Source: Octopus sinensis (taxonomy: Eukaryota). From it: 64,000 nt of DNA. Location: NCBI RefSeq assembly GCF_006345805.1, contig NC_043001.1:25854001-25918000 (forward strand), in the 5' to 3' direction. Below the pieces are notes generated by a model. The model saw only the letters and a list, made by a program, of their open reading frames with translations, made no database searches and was not told the DNA's origin. This document shows positions 1-12,577 of the stretch, piece after piece. The first letter of the stretch is position 1; each line of letters opens with the position of its first letter. The translations under genes and the position numbers were made by a program.

Positions 1-44
1 ATGAAGTCATGTCTTGTCCTTACCTTCGAAACGCAGAGTAGATG
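1..44 (+). ncRNA. Possible hammerhead-like ribozyme remnant cut by the window edge (Penelope pLTR-type)
   Basis: Window opens with ATGA..., then GAAAC-GCAGA-GT-A-GATG (28-44), the same layout as the motif at 54851-54867. The CTG needed to complete CUGAUGA would lie just outside the window, and stem II is poorly formed. Confidence 0.25.
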
Positions 45-280
45 AAACAGGGACAACTGAAGAAGGGGAATATTCCTTGTGTTGTATGTCTTGTACTCTG
101 TTTTTTTCGTTGTTTGAAAAAATGTTCGTTTCTATGTTTTTGTTTTTATGTTTTCATTTCTCATTGTGTTCAGCGTTTTTTGATGTCCTGTACCCATATA
201 TGCATGTATATATAGATATAGATGTAGGTATGTACATATATGTATGTATATATGCATATATTATATATTATTTATATTAT

Positions 281-332
<52 letters not shown>

Positions 333-779
333 CAAAAGAGGGTGTGGTGTTTCCACGCTGGAAAAAAATATATAGGAAAATGTGTTGCTGAAAATGCACT
401 TAAATTTCAAAAACTCGTGAATGTTTAAAATACATTTATTTATATATGTACCAAACTAGTTTCAACAATATTTTTTGTTTATCAATGGTAAAAGTGTAAA
501 AACATCGTTATAAGTTTCAATGTGGACAAAATAAAATTAAATTAAAATATTTCAATGTTGATAAATTATCATGTTCAAAACACAAGGTGTACGTTTGAAA
601 TTAAAACTGTATATTAATTTTTTAGAATGTACAAGGTTCATTAATTTCACTGGGTGCCGACAAGTGATACTGGAAAAAACTATGAGAATTGAAATAGTTA
701 AAAAAGGGGAAATTACGGTTTTTCAGATCTTTAAACAGTCGGTTCCACATGTAATGGTATGTTTTAGGGAAAGATGTGT

Positions 780-2685
780 TTATCAATTTTTTTCTGCAAG
801 CGGATCTGATTTTGATTCGTTAAAAAATTGATGATGTTTTTCTTCCATGGTCAAGCTTGTCGTTCTGCTTGGTTGGTTTCTTTGCTGGATATGGTTGGTT
901 ATAGGTCGTTCCGGTTGGTTGGTTTTCTTAAAGGGTCTTTTTGTTGTATTTGTTGAAGTTTGGTTTCAATTGGTTTGGAATTATGTGACGTCAGCAATTA
1001 GTGTTTGTGGAATTTCATTGGACTGGAGGTGGGTGACGTCATCATCTTATGTTTGTGTGGTGAATTGGAGCTGTGGTTTCAACGGGTGGAAAATTGTTAC
1101 TAAAATTTTATTGTTCTTTTGTGTTGAAATTGGGTGTTTTTTCTCCTCTTTATACTGCTTTTTCTTCTTACTAAAGGATATCTAGCTGTGGTTTATATCT
1201 TTTAATCAGTATGTTTTCCTTATTTAAATGGAATTGGGTTGAAGTGTTTCCAGTGCATTGATACAGAGGGAAGATTTGGTATTTAGGGTTTTTGTCTAGG
1301 TATTGGTCTAGGTATTGGCTAACGGGAATTTTCCTAGTTGAGGGGTCCCGGATTTGTTGCCTGTGCACTGTAAGTCTATTCCTCAAAGTTAAGCTTGTTT
1401 GACCAATGTAGTCTCCACCTCAACCTCCACATTTAAGAACATAGATTAAGTACTTCGAAGCACAGGTGAAGTCATGTTTCATGGTAAAAGTTAGGCCTGA
1501 CTTAAGTTTGTATGTTGAACCCTCTAAGAGAAAGGGGCAAGTTCTGCAGTTAGGGTGGTTGCATTTTTTGACTTGTGGGGTTGTATTTTTGGTGGGTAAT
1601 TTGACACTGGTGAGTAAATTTTTTAGAGATTGTGGTTGTCTCTTGCTTTTAATAATCCTATGTGTTTCTAGTGCCTTTTTCATTCGTGGGTCCTTCATAA
1701 AGATAGGTATGTTTTGGTGGATGATGTTGTATGCTTCCTGGTTTCTTGGATTGTATGTTGATACGTAAGATAGAGTTTTAAGTGTGTCATGGTATTTTCT
1801 TGTTTTCCGTAACTCTTGGATGTTTATCATTTTTGCACATTCTAATCCATTTTTGATTAGACTGACTGTTTTTTTCTATCTAGTAATGAGGTTTTAAGTT
1901 CTTGAAGTCACTTTTCTCAGGTTTCGGGATTTGATGCAATCATGCAAATTCTTCTCGCTAAGTTGAACGGTATATTTATTTTAGCATGTTTTGGGTAGCA
2001 AGAGGAGAATAGAAGATATTGTTTTGAGTTTGTTGGTTTGAAGAAGATGTCGGTTTCAATCTCAGTATCTCTCTTTATTATTAAGGTGTCCAGGAAGGGT
2101 AGTTGTTGGTGGTTGTATTCCATAGTGAATTGGATACTGTGATTAATGCTGTTGATTAAGTTTTTAAATTCTGTGAGTTGTTCAATGTTATGTGGCCAAA
2201 GGATGAAACAGTCATCCAGGTAGCGTTTCCAGTTGGTAAGTAGGTTTTTTGGAAATTTTCTCCAAATTTTAATCTTGCGTGTTCGTATATTTGAACTTCC
2301 AAGTATGCCATGATAAGGTTGGCATAAGTAGGCGCTACCCTTGTTCCCATCGCCGTGCCCAAATTTTGTCTATAAGTGTTTTTGTTGAAATTGAAGAAGT
2401 TGTTCTGTAGGATGAATTTTATTCCTTCAACAATGAATTCTTTTCTGATTCTGTCAGGAATGTCATTTGGGAATTTTTTGAGCCAGTATTGTATGGCTAT
2501 TATTCCGTATTCGTGAGAAATGGGGGTGTAGGGGTTTATTACATCAAATGAAACCAGGAGGGTGTCTTTACTGGTTCTGTTCAGGAGGTGGTTTAAAAAG
2601 TCCAGATCATCACGAATAAAGCTCGGTATATGTTGGAGAATAAGTTTGAGGAGGACATCAATAAAATTACTGAGTCTGTGTGTAT
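780..2685 (-). mobile_element. Penelope-like retroelement (Neptune-like), 5'-truncated and frameshifted: RT + Cys-rich linker + GIY-YIG endonuclease
   Basis: Minus ORFs 2156-2707 (LVSFDV...YRQNLGTAMGTRVAPTYANL), 1917-2123 (LPFLDTLI...DIFFKPTNSKQYL), 1420-1830 (KCNHPNCRTC...FTCASKYLIYVLKC) and 1171-1386 (RNRLTVHRQQI) are PLE RT, thumb, linker and GIY-YIG motifs. The 5' end abuts a (TA)n(CA)n tract. Confidence 0.9.
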
Positions 2686-2881
2686 ATATATATATACACA
2701 CACACACACACGTTGGATAATGTAGTCTTAACCCCCAAAATAGATGACATGGTCATGGATGGAGTGATTTCAAATATAGTTTTGTTCAATTAAAGTTGAT
2801 CTAGGGCAAAGAATTTTGTTTTTGTAAGCAAAAAATCTTCTCTTCATTTATTCGCTTATGTATTTGTTTTTTCACTTTTAG

Positions 2882-2975
2882 ATATCCAAATATTCCTTAC
2901 TATTCACCTGCTCTTGTGGATAAAAAAAGAAAAGAAAGGGTTGTAAAAATTGCTAGTAAAATACTAGTTGCATTG
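2882..2975 (+). CDS. Probable internal exon of the PLAT-domain gene (YPNIPYYSPALVDKKRKERVVKIASKILVAL)
   Basis: Polypyrimidine tract + AG at 2880-2881, open frame phase 2 to 0, donor TTG|GTAAGA; phase-compatible with exon 5994-6059. Confidence 0.5.
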
Positions 2976-3276
2976 GTAAGATTTGATAATACTTTCTTTC
3001 CTATATATATATGTGCTAAATTCAACTTATGTTGAAAGTCAACAAACAGTTTGCTTTAGAAGCATTGAGATGTATTGAAAGATACAGATAAGGAAATAAC
3101 TTTATTCTCAAATGCAAGATAATGCTAATAATATAGCATGAACAGGATAAACTATCCATATTTGGCAGAAAGGCTGCCAACAGATTTTTCTGCCAAATAT
3201 GGATAGTTTACCCTGTTCATGCTATATTATTAGCAATATCCTGCATTTGAGAATAAAGTTATTTATATATATATAT

Positions 3277-3571
3277 CATCATCATCATCATCATCATCAT
3301 CATCGTTTAACGTCCGTTTTCCGTGCTAGCATGGGTTGGACGGTTCGACCGGGGTCTGGGAAGCCAGGGGCTGCACCAGGCTCCAGTCTGATCTGGCAGT
3401 GTTTCTACAGCTGGATGCCCTTCCTAACACCAACCACTCCGCGAGTGTAGTGGGTGCTTTTTACGTGCCACCTGCACAGGTGCCAGGGGTGTCTGGCATC
3501 GGCCACGTTCGGATGGTGCTTTTTATGTGCCGCCGGCACAGAAGCCAGTCGAGGCGGCGCTGGCATCGGCC
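3277..3571 (-). mobile_element. Family A non-autonomous element (RTE-tailed SINE-like, (GAT)n tail); representative copy
   Basis: Recurrent motif GGAAGGGCATCCAGCTGTAGAAAC...AACCCATGCTAGCATGGAAA-CGGACGTTAAACGATGATGAT. Other copies at about 4130-4373, 5500-5697, 6560-6835, 10420-10780, 12040-12408, 17210-17848, 22250-23353, 29635-30170, 31240-32360, 35150-36060, 51480-51640, 55400-55620. Confidence 0.85.
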
Positions 3572-3865
3572 ATATATATATATATATAATATATATATAT
3601 ATATTATATATATATATATATACCTTTTATCTTTTACCTTTTACTTGTTTCAGTCATTAGACTGCGGCCATACTGGGGCATCACCTTGAAGAAGTTTTAA
3701 TCAAATGTATTGACCCCGGTACTTACTTTTTTCTTTTAAAGTCTGGTACTTTTACTATTGGTCCCTTTTTTTTTTTGGCTGAATCACTAAGTTACAGGGA
3801 TGTAAACAAACCAGAACCAGTTGTCAAGCAGCGTGGGAATAAACACAGACACAAACACACACACA

Positions 3866-3907
<42 letters not shown>

Positions 3908-5993
3908 ATGAGCTTCTTTCAGTTTCTGTCTTCCAAATTCAATCACAAGGTTTTGGTCAGCTCAGAGCTATGGTAGAAGACACTTGCTAAGGATACCATG
4001 CAATGGGACTGAAACTGGAACCAAGTGGTCCCACAACATAATCAGCTGCAGTGGAAGTCATAGATTACTCATTTCTAGTTCTCATCACTGGATTCTATTT
4101 GACTATGATATCATGTCGGTGACACGTAAAAAGCACCAACCGATCATGGCCATTTACCAGCCTCCTCTTGCCCCTGTGCTGGTGGCACATAAAAAGCACT
4201 TCCTACATTCATGGAGTGGTTGGCATTAGGAAGGGCATCCAGCTGTAGAAACACTGCCAGATCAGACTGGAGCCTGGCGCAGCCTCCTGGCAACCCAGAC
4301 CCCCATTCGAACCGTCCAACCCATGCTAGCATGGAAAATGGACGTTAAACGATGATGATGATGATGATGATGATTGTAAATTCAAATTACGATGAATGTA
4401 AACAAACAAACGAAGTTTACTTTAGAAGCATTGAGATGTCTTAGAAAGTTAAAGAAGTGATTTTATATTCTCAAACGCAGGATAATGCTAATAATATAGC
4501 CCGAACAGGATAAGCTACCCCTATTTTGCAGAAAAAGGTGTTGGCGATCAACTGATATTGTGGCTTGGTTAGCTGGGAGCTGGAAATTTGTTCAAGCTGT
4601 GCATCATTTCCCACATAAAATCAACCATAATGTTCAGTTTTAATGAATCATATTCATTTCCTTGTTGACATTACAAATGTTAATTGCTAAAGACTGTTAT
4701 GCTTAATGTCAGTACCTAGTGTGTGAAAATGTATGGTTAGAGGAGAAAATGAAAGGCTTCAAGCTTGTTGAAATGGTCAAAGTGACATGACTACCTGTTG
4801 ACCAAGAAAACTTTTACTACCCTCTGCCAGTGCTTGCTCTTCTTCCTCTAGCTTGTATTTCCTGTGCATGCCAATTTATAACCATCATTTGGGATGAAAC
4901 CATATAAAATTTATAATTGCTCTTAACACCCACACAAATGCTCCAGGGCAGTGATTTGCTAAAATGTGGGTTAAGATCTCCTGATATGTTATGGCTATCC
5001 ATCGTTTGCTACTGATCTGATGTGGTTTTGAATGTTATGTACCATTACAAGATCAACTACTTCCTTCCAGAATATCCAAGTAGGACTTTGGTTGTATGTG
5101 TGAAGGCAATTTTTGAAACGTATCATATATTCATTGTTTGTTAAACATTTCTATAGCAAATGCTGCTTGTATTTACGTAATGGGATTGTGCTTACTTTTA
5201 ACAGCAACAGGACTCACATCTGTTTGTAAACATAAGGAACAAGGAGGGCAGCTTCGAGCACCTGTCAGAACTGAAATTAGTTGCTAGACCGTGGGTGAAT
5301 GCAACAGCATTACTCACAATCAACAGACATCTTTACCACAGCCATCATCACCTTCATCACTCGATAATTATCCTCCTCCTCCTCCACCCACCATCCTCCT
5401 CCAACCAACCACCCTCCCCTCCCACACCACCACCACCATCACTATCACCACCTTCGTCGTCGTTGTCATCATCATCAACAACAACAACAACAACCAGCAC
5501 CCACTACACTCTCAGAGTGGTTGGCATTAGCAATGGCATCCAGCTGTAGAAACCTTGCCAGATCAGATTGGAGCCTGATGCAGCCATCTGGCTTGCCAGT
5601 CCTCAGTCAAACCGGCCAACCCATTCCAGCATGGAAAGCAAATGTTAAGCGATGATGAGGATGATGGTGATGATGATGATGATGATGATGATGATGACTA
5701 TAGGCACAAGGCCTGAAATTTGTGGGGTGGGGACTAGTTGATTACATCAATCCCAGTGTTTAACTGGTACTTAATTCACCAACCCTCAAAAGATGGAAGG
5801 CAAATTCAGCCTCAGTGGAATTTGAACTCAGAACATAGTGACAGTCAAAATACTGCAAAACATATTGTTCGGTGTGCTAACAATTCTGCCAGTTTGCCAC
5901 CTTAACACCAACAATAATAATAATAATAATAATAATATGAGAAAGTGATTTGTTTTTTTTAAATTGAATTATTCTGTTTTATTTTTTGTCTAG

Positions 5994-6059
5994 GGTTGTT
6001 ATGATGGTTCTGGTCTTCAGCAAGCAAACAGACATAAACTGTTGCCGCGTATTCAAAAG
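5994..6059 (+). CDS. Probable internal exon of the PLAT-domain gene (GCYDGSGLQQANRHKLLPRIQK)
   Basis: TTTTGTCTAG acceptor, AAG|GTAAGT donor, 66 bp phase 0 to 0. Confidence 0.55.
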
Positions 6060-6174
6060 GTAAGTGGTCAGTTGGTTTCACTTCCTATCTTTGTTCTGAA
6101 AAGCTGAGTGAATTAGCTTTATTTACCTTTACTCTAATCACCATGGACATTTTCCTAAGCCATGCACCTCCACT

Positions 6175-6430
6175 TAATAAATGCACCCTTATAAAGCCTA
6201 GCCAGCTTCATGGGCCCGGTTTCCCAGTTTCAATGGCGTATGTGTTCCCCAGCTGGACGGGATGCCAGTCCATCACAGTGTTACTCATTTTTGCTAACTG
6301 AGTGGACTGGAGCAATGTGAAATGAAATGTTTTGCTCAAAAACACAATGCGTCGCCCAGTCCAAGAATCGAAACCACAATCTTACGATCATGATGCTGAT
6401 ACCCTAACCACTAAGCCATGCACCTCCACT
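6175..6430 (-). mobile_element. tRNA-derived SINE (distinct family) with its 20-nt head repeated after the tail
   Basis: Minus strand has Pol III A-box TGGCTTAGTGG and B-box-like GGTTTCGATTC, then GATGGACTGGCATCCCGTCCAG; CTAAGCCATGCACCTCCACT occurs at 6155-6174 and 6411-6430. Confidence 0.65.
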
Positions 6431-7959
6431 ACTAAATGTGAGTAACTATGTAACTCTTCAGCAAGAACTTGCTTTGTCTCTGCACTCTTTACATATTTTA
6501 ATGCCTTGTCCGTTAATATAAATATGATCCCCACCCCCTCAAGGTTTGTAATCTTGCAAGCTACATGGTGAGCTCAGTAGTTCTGGTGGTGCAAGAAAAG
6601 CACCCAGTTCATACAGTAAAGTGGTTGGCATTAGGAAGGGCATCCATCCATAGAAAAATATGCTGAAGCAGACACTGGAGCATGCTATAGTTCTTGGACC
6701 CATCTGATCCTGTCAAACCATCCAACCCATGTCAGCATAGAACATTGATGTTAAATTATGATGGTGGTGGTGGTGCTGGTGGTGCTGGCAGTGGTGGTGG
6801 CGGTGGCGGCAGTGGTGGTGGTGATGATGATGATGAATGATTAATAATTGTCAAAGTGTAATTATCTGTTGGCAGCTGTCCAAAGATACAATTGTCCTTG
6901 ACATCCAGCACTGAGCTTGTTGGTCACCTCGGCAAATATTTGAATCTGTGCCATAGGTTGGTCAAAGAGAGCTGTTTAGCATTGTTTTTATTTTATAGTT
7001 CAAAGATGAAGAGAGACAGGCGTAAACCTTACAGCCCCTTTTAAACTGATAAGGTCAATGTAATTGACATTCAGTTTGAAATTCTGTAGATTGATGCCAG
7101 TTGGGGAAGCATTGGTAAAAGGGCAGTTCCAGAAGACTGAAATTCTGAGGAGGAATGATAGATCAAAATGTTTAACGCTGGGTTTGTAGAATGAGATTCG
7201 ATATAAATAACGAGTAGAGGAGTTTTCATTGTTTAACCATAGGTTAGCCCTAACTGAGCAGGTTTATGATCAAAAGCATTCCAACTATGACCTCCTGTCC
7301 TTTTACATATAGAAAACATCCAATATACCCCTTCCTAAGATATGATATTTGAGGGAGAATAAACTGCTGCTTCTAGCAAGTCGAGCAACTATGTATAGAG
7401 GCTCCCTCATTGGCTCAAATGGAAGAGAAGCTGTTGTTGTTGCTTCACCACATGTCTCATGGGTTTTGGAATTACATAAAACATGTTGATGAGTTACAGT
7501 TAATGTTAAAATTGCATTATTTAAGAATTTAGTTCTAGTGTTGGCACTAAAACTCTAATATAAATAATGGAATGTTTATCCAAGAAATTTGTTGTTCTCT
7601 AATCGTCTAATGCTCACCATGGTTACTTTTCATTTCTTCTGTTTTCAACTGTTTTTTAGACCAATTTTTTTCTTCACTCAGTTTCTTTGTTTGCATTTTA
7701 AGTCTATTATCTTCCTATTTCTTCTTTGATATTTGTCTTCTTTTTATTAATTGATCATTTACTTTTTTGACTTACATCTTCTGTGTTATTTTTGTTTAAT
7801 CTTGTGTATGCCTAATACTTATTTGCTTCTAACACGTATTTGCTTCAAAATTGTAGTTTTTTTTTCATGATTGTTTTCAGAAAAATAGTAATTTGCTGAA
7901 TATACATCAAAGAATGCAACATTTTTATGAGGTATGTATAAAGTTTCAATATATCTAGG

Positions 7960-8376
7960 AGTGTAGGAGTGGCTGTGTGGTAAGTAGCTTGCTTACCAAC
8001 CACATGGTTCCGGGTTCAGTCCCACTGCGTGGCACCTTGGGCAAGTGTCTTCTACTATAGCCTCGGGCCACCCAAAGCCTTGTGAGTGGATTTGGTAGAC
8101 AGAAACTGAAAGAAGCCCGTCGTATATATATATTTATATATATGTACGTGTGTGTGTATATGTTTGTGTGTCTGTGTTTGTCCCCCCCCAACATCGCTTG
8201 ACAACCGAAGTTGGTGTGTTTACATCCCTGTAACTTATCGGTTTGGCAAAAAGAGACCAATAAAATAAGTACTAGGTTTACAAAGAATAAGTCCTGGAGT
8301 TGATTTGCTCGACTAAAAGTGGTGCTCCAGCATGGCTGCAGTCAAATGACTGAAACAAGTAAAAGAGAGAAAAGAG
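7960..8376 (+). mobile_element. Family B tRNA-derived CORE-type SINE with internal (TA)n/(TG)n tract; full-length representative
   Basis: A box GGCTGTGTGG, B box GGTTCAGTCC, CORE-like GGCACCTTGGGCAAGTGTCTT, microsatellite, second module, tail GACTGAAACAAGTAAAAGAG. Other copies at about 3620-4035(-), 8420-8730(-), 13730-13925(-), 24577-24955(-), 33066-34798 (split), 39900-40115(-), 46720-47095(+), 51240-51850. Confidence 0.85.
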
Positions 8377-8824
8377 ATATCCAAGTGTCGTCGATGCCAG
8401 TGCTGCCTGACTGACACCTTTAGTTGAGCAAATCGATCCCAGGACTTATTGTTTGTAAGCCTAGTACTTATTCTATCGGTCTCTTTTGCCGAACTGCTAA
8501 GTTACGGGGATGTAAACACACCAACTTCGGTTGTCAAGCGATGTTGGAGGAACAAACATACACACACACACATATGACAGGCTTCTTTCAGTTTCCGTCA
8601 ACCATATCCACTCACAAGGCTTTGGTCGGCCCGAGGCTATAGTGGAAGACACTTGCCCAAGGTGCCACGCAGTGAGACTGAACCGAGAACCATGTGGTTG
8701 GTAAGCAAGCTACTTACCACACAGCCACTCCAACGCCTATTATATATTTATATATTGAAAAGAAAAAAAGCTTGCAATTTAATTTATGTTTGTGAAACAT
8801 GAATATACAATTTCTGTTGAACAG

Positions 8825-8892
8825 GATTCCAGTGGAGAGGAAGAAAGCTATTCTGAAAAAGAATATGAGTCAACTGAACAAAGAGAAAACAT
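8825..8892 (+). CDS. Probable internal exon of the PLAT-domain gene, acidic (DSSGEEESYSEKEYESTEQREN)
   Basis: TTTCTGTTGAACAG acceptor, donor GTAGGT at 8893, phase 0 to 2; joins in frame to 12578. Confidence 0.55.
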
Positions 8893-9937
8893 GTAGGTGT
8901 CATACTTATTTATATTTATGTTTATATTACAACAGAGGATGTTTGATTAAGATGAGTTTGCTTATGTCACTGTGACATGAGCAAATAATGATGAAAATGT
9001 GTCTCATTGGATTGGATAATGAATTTTTTAAGTTTTTAAGTTTTTAAGGTTTTAAGAAAGTCAACTGAATCTATGAAGGCAAAGAACACAAAATGAAAGA
9101 AGACAACACAGGAGAGACAAATTTTAACAAATGTTGTATTAGATTAATGCTTAAAAGAAAGAGAAAGAGTCTTGATGTTTTGGGCATTAGTCCTTCATCT
9201 GAAGAAAAATATAGAAGGGAAGTAAAGGAGGAGAGTGAAAGAGGAAAAGTCGTTGGAGGAAAAAATCAACAGTGATGAGGTTAGGGGCCAGTTGGGAATG
9301 CAGTTCTATAGGAGGGAGTTGAGAAAGGAGGAGGAGGAGGAGAAGGAGGCAGGATGTGTATATGTGTGTGTGAGTGTGTGTGTGCGTGCGTTTATGTGTG
9401 TGTGTATGTGAGTGTGTATGTCTTTAAGCTTGAGAGAACATGATATCTAAAGTGGCACCACAATCAGAGATTTTGACAAAGGTCAATCTGAATCTGAGGA
9501 GAGGAAAGCTTGGCACATATATTCTGTGTTCTTGCTGAGAGCCATATTATATATGCATACATACATGCAATTCTATAGGAGGGAGTTGAGAAAGGAAGAG
9601 GAGGAGGAAGAGGAGGAGGCAGGATGTGTGCGTGTGTGTATACAAGAGTGTATCCATGTATCAAGATTGACATAAGGACAGGCGGTGTTTGGATCATCCA
9701 TACAATTCATCCATTTTCATTGGCTATAAATTAAATACTCTTAATAGTTGCCTTCATACCACTTTCTATCTCTACTGAGTGACTTATGGTGGACCTGCTT
9801 ACTTATTCAATTTTTACCTGTAAAGTAAAAATTGTTATTAATCTAGTGATAATATAAATGATACAACACTCAACTTCCCTCAGTACAAGCCTTTATAATC
9901 AATAAACTGTTTTTGAACATTTCTTGTATTATTTCAG

Positions 9938-9986
9938 ATATTATGATCCAGTAAATCATTTAAAAAGTATAATAAATCCACCAACA
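9938..9986 (+). CDS. Possible alternative exon of the PLAT-domain gene (YYDPVNHLKSIINPPT)
   Basis: Good acceptor TATTATTTCAG, phase 2 entry matches the upstream exon. Donor GTAATC is weak; reading through it gives a stop near 10001. Confidence 0.25.
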
Positions 9987-10705
9987 GTAATCTACATTTA
10001 GTGTGTATCAGTACAGTAAATGTATAGCACTTAAACTGACCATATCAGGCCAAAATATTTTACCTGTTTTGTGTTCAAACTGGACATATTCAGCCTCTCA
10101 CAGCTACCCTACAATGCCATTCTCAAAATAAATAATCACATCTTTGAAATCTTAAAGCTACTTGAAAATGCATTATTTATTCTAATCAATGAGAATCAAT
10201 AAGCATTGCATTTGACACAATAATCTGGATACTAAAGGGTATTTAATTAAAAAAGGGGGTAAAAGCAACAAAAACAAGGAACAAGAATACAAAGACAATA
10301 TATAAAAATTTGATGGAAAGAATAGGAAAATAAAGAAAAGGATACTGATAATGTTGAAGGAGAAAAGAAAGAAGAGAAAATAGGAGGAAAAAAGTATGTA
10401 TGGGATTTTCATGTGAAAAATCAACATTCGAGTGAGGTCGTTGCCAGTGCTGCTGGACTGGGTCCTGTGCATGTAGCACGTAAAAAACACCATTTGAGCG
10501 TGGCCATTGCCGGTACTGCTTGACTGGCTCTCGTGCCGATGGCACATAAAAGCACCCACTACACTCTTGAAGTGGTTGGCATTAGGAAGGGCATCCATCT
10601 GTAGAAACTCTGCCAGATCAGATTGGAGCCTGGTGCAGCCATCTGGCTCGCCAGACCTCAGTCAAACCGTTCAACCCATGCCAGCATGGAAAGCAGACAT
10701 TAAAC

Positions 10706-10778
<73 letters not shown>

Positions 10779-11380
10779 GTCATGAAGCATGCTAAGATGG
10801 TAGATAGGAAATAAGTTGAATTTGTTATTTCCAGCAGAGAAGAGCAAATCTATGCTAAGGGAAATAAAGTATGGGAACAATGTTGTGAAATATGTTTCAT
10901 TGTGTGTGAGTGACAGCGAGATTATAGGAATCAATTGTCTGGCCAAAGTTGTGTACAAATGTTTGTATGCAATGGAGAGAAAAAAATGTATTGGTGATGT
11001 GAATAAGGCATGATACTTCATGGGTTGTATGAACAAAGTCTATTGTGTGCTTGTGGACATGTGTGGTGACTGTCTGGCTGGATCATTGTTGAAGTATCTG
11101 TAAGTGCTTGGATAGAAAATGGGTGATGTGAGGAGCATATTTGAGTTGTTTATCAGTATATGTATGGGAAGGGGTTTAAAGGAAAATAAATCAGTTATTG
11201 ATACTGGACTAAACATTTTGGAAGATTTTGCCTATAAAGTCTAGAATTAAGAGCTCCACATTGTTGTACAAACTTGTAAACAGTGGGTCAGACGAGAGAG
11301 GCCTCAGAACTGAAATTGCAGAATACAAGCCTGAATGACTTGGTGTTGTTGTGCCAGACATCTAACAAATGTGCTTAGAA

Positions 11381-11708
11381 CAACCAACCAACCAACTAAT
11401 CAACCAACCAACCAACTAACTTACCAACCAACCAACCAACCGACCGACCGACCGACCAGCCAACCAACCAATCAACCTACCAACCAACCAACTGACTGAC
11501 CAACCAATCAACTAATCAACCAATCAAGTAACCAACCAACCAACCAACTGACCGACCAACCAATCGACCGACCAACCAACCGACCGACCGACCAACCAAC
11601 CAGCAACCAACCAACTAACCAACCAACCAACTAACCAACTAACCAACCAACCAATCAACCAACCAACCAATCAACCAACCAACCAACCAACTAACCAACT
11701 TCCAACCA
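11381..11708. repeat. Degenerate (ACCA)n tetranucleotide microsatellite with ACCG/ACTA/ATCA variants
   Basis: About 330 bp of caaccaacc... seen directly. Confidence 0.95.
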
Positions 11709-12577
11709 GGTTCCATTGAGTTGACATTTGATACAGTAGATGACAGGTTTGAAGATACTGATAAAGTAGTCTGTGACGTGGAAAGGCAATCTAGGATCAT
11801 CTGCAGTGATGATATTTATGTCTTTTGATAACCATGGGACAGACATTGCAATGGGATCAGAAACAGGCAAAGGATCCAGGTTGGGTGAAGGAACTGCATT
11901 GAGGATAATAATGTATTTAGCACATTATTCGATGTGTCATTTTTTTTTTTATTACAAAAGGTGTAATTTTAAGGAGACCTGGCTCCTAATTTTAGCAGGC
12001 TGAATATCTGCATAGAAACTCCTACATGGGTTTATGAAATCCGATGACTGGCGTCTGTGCTAGCGGGGTGCAAAGTGCACCATACGAGTGTGATCATTGA
12101 CAGAGCGGCTAACTGGCTTCCATGCCAGTGGCACGTAAAAGACACCATTCGAGCTTGATCGTTACCAGCATCACCTTACTGGCACCTGTGCCAGTGGCAT
12201 GTGTAAAAGATTCAAGCGAGGTCGTTGCCAGTACCACCTGACTGGCCCACTACATTCTCAGAGTGGTTGGCGTTAGGAAGGGCATCCAGCTGTAGAAACT
12301 CTGCCAGATCAAGATTGAAGCCTTGTGCAGCCATCTGGTTTGCCAGCCCTCAGTCATTCGTCCAACCCATGCTAGCATGGAAAGCAGACGTTAAACGATG
12401 ATGATGATGTTGGCTTAACTCCCTTGTTTGTCTATGTTGTTATTAGCCTTAGCGGTGGTGATGTTGGTGGTTGGTGATGATAATCAATTTACTAGGTAAA
12501 AAATTTTGTTTTATTTAAAAAAAAAAGGAATTTTCTTTGTATTATCTCTTATGTCTTTTCATATCACCACTTTCTAG

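Noticed and set aside
14-391. ORFs made of microsatellites (also 3199-3450, 5291-5549, 30789-31147, 51217-51593)
   Set aside because: Poly-YI, HT, H or D runs come from (TA)n, (CA)n and (CAT)n tracts; no splice or domain support.
7960-8040. tRNA genes at SINE heads (also 30185, 38690, 43160)
   Set aside because: A and B boxes are present but no cloverleaf or acceptor stem; they run straight into SINE bodies.
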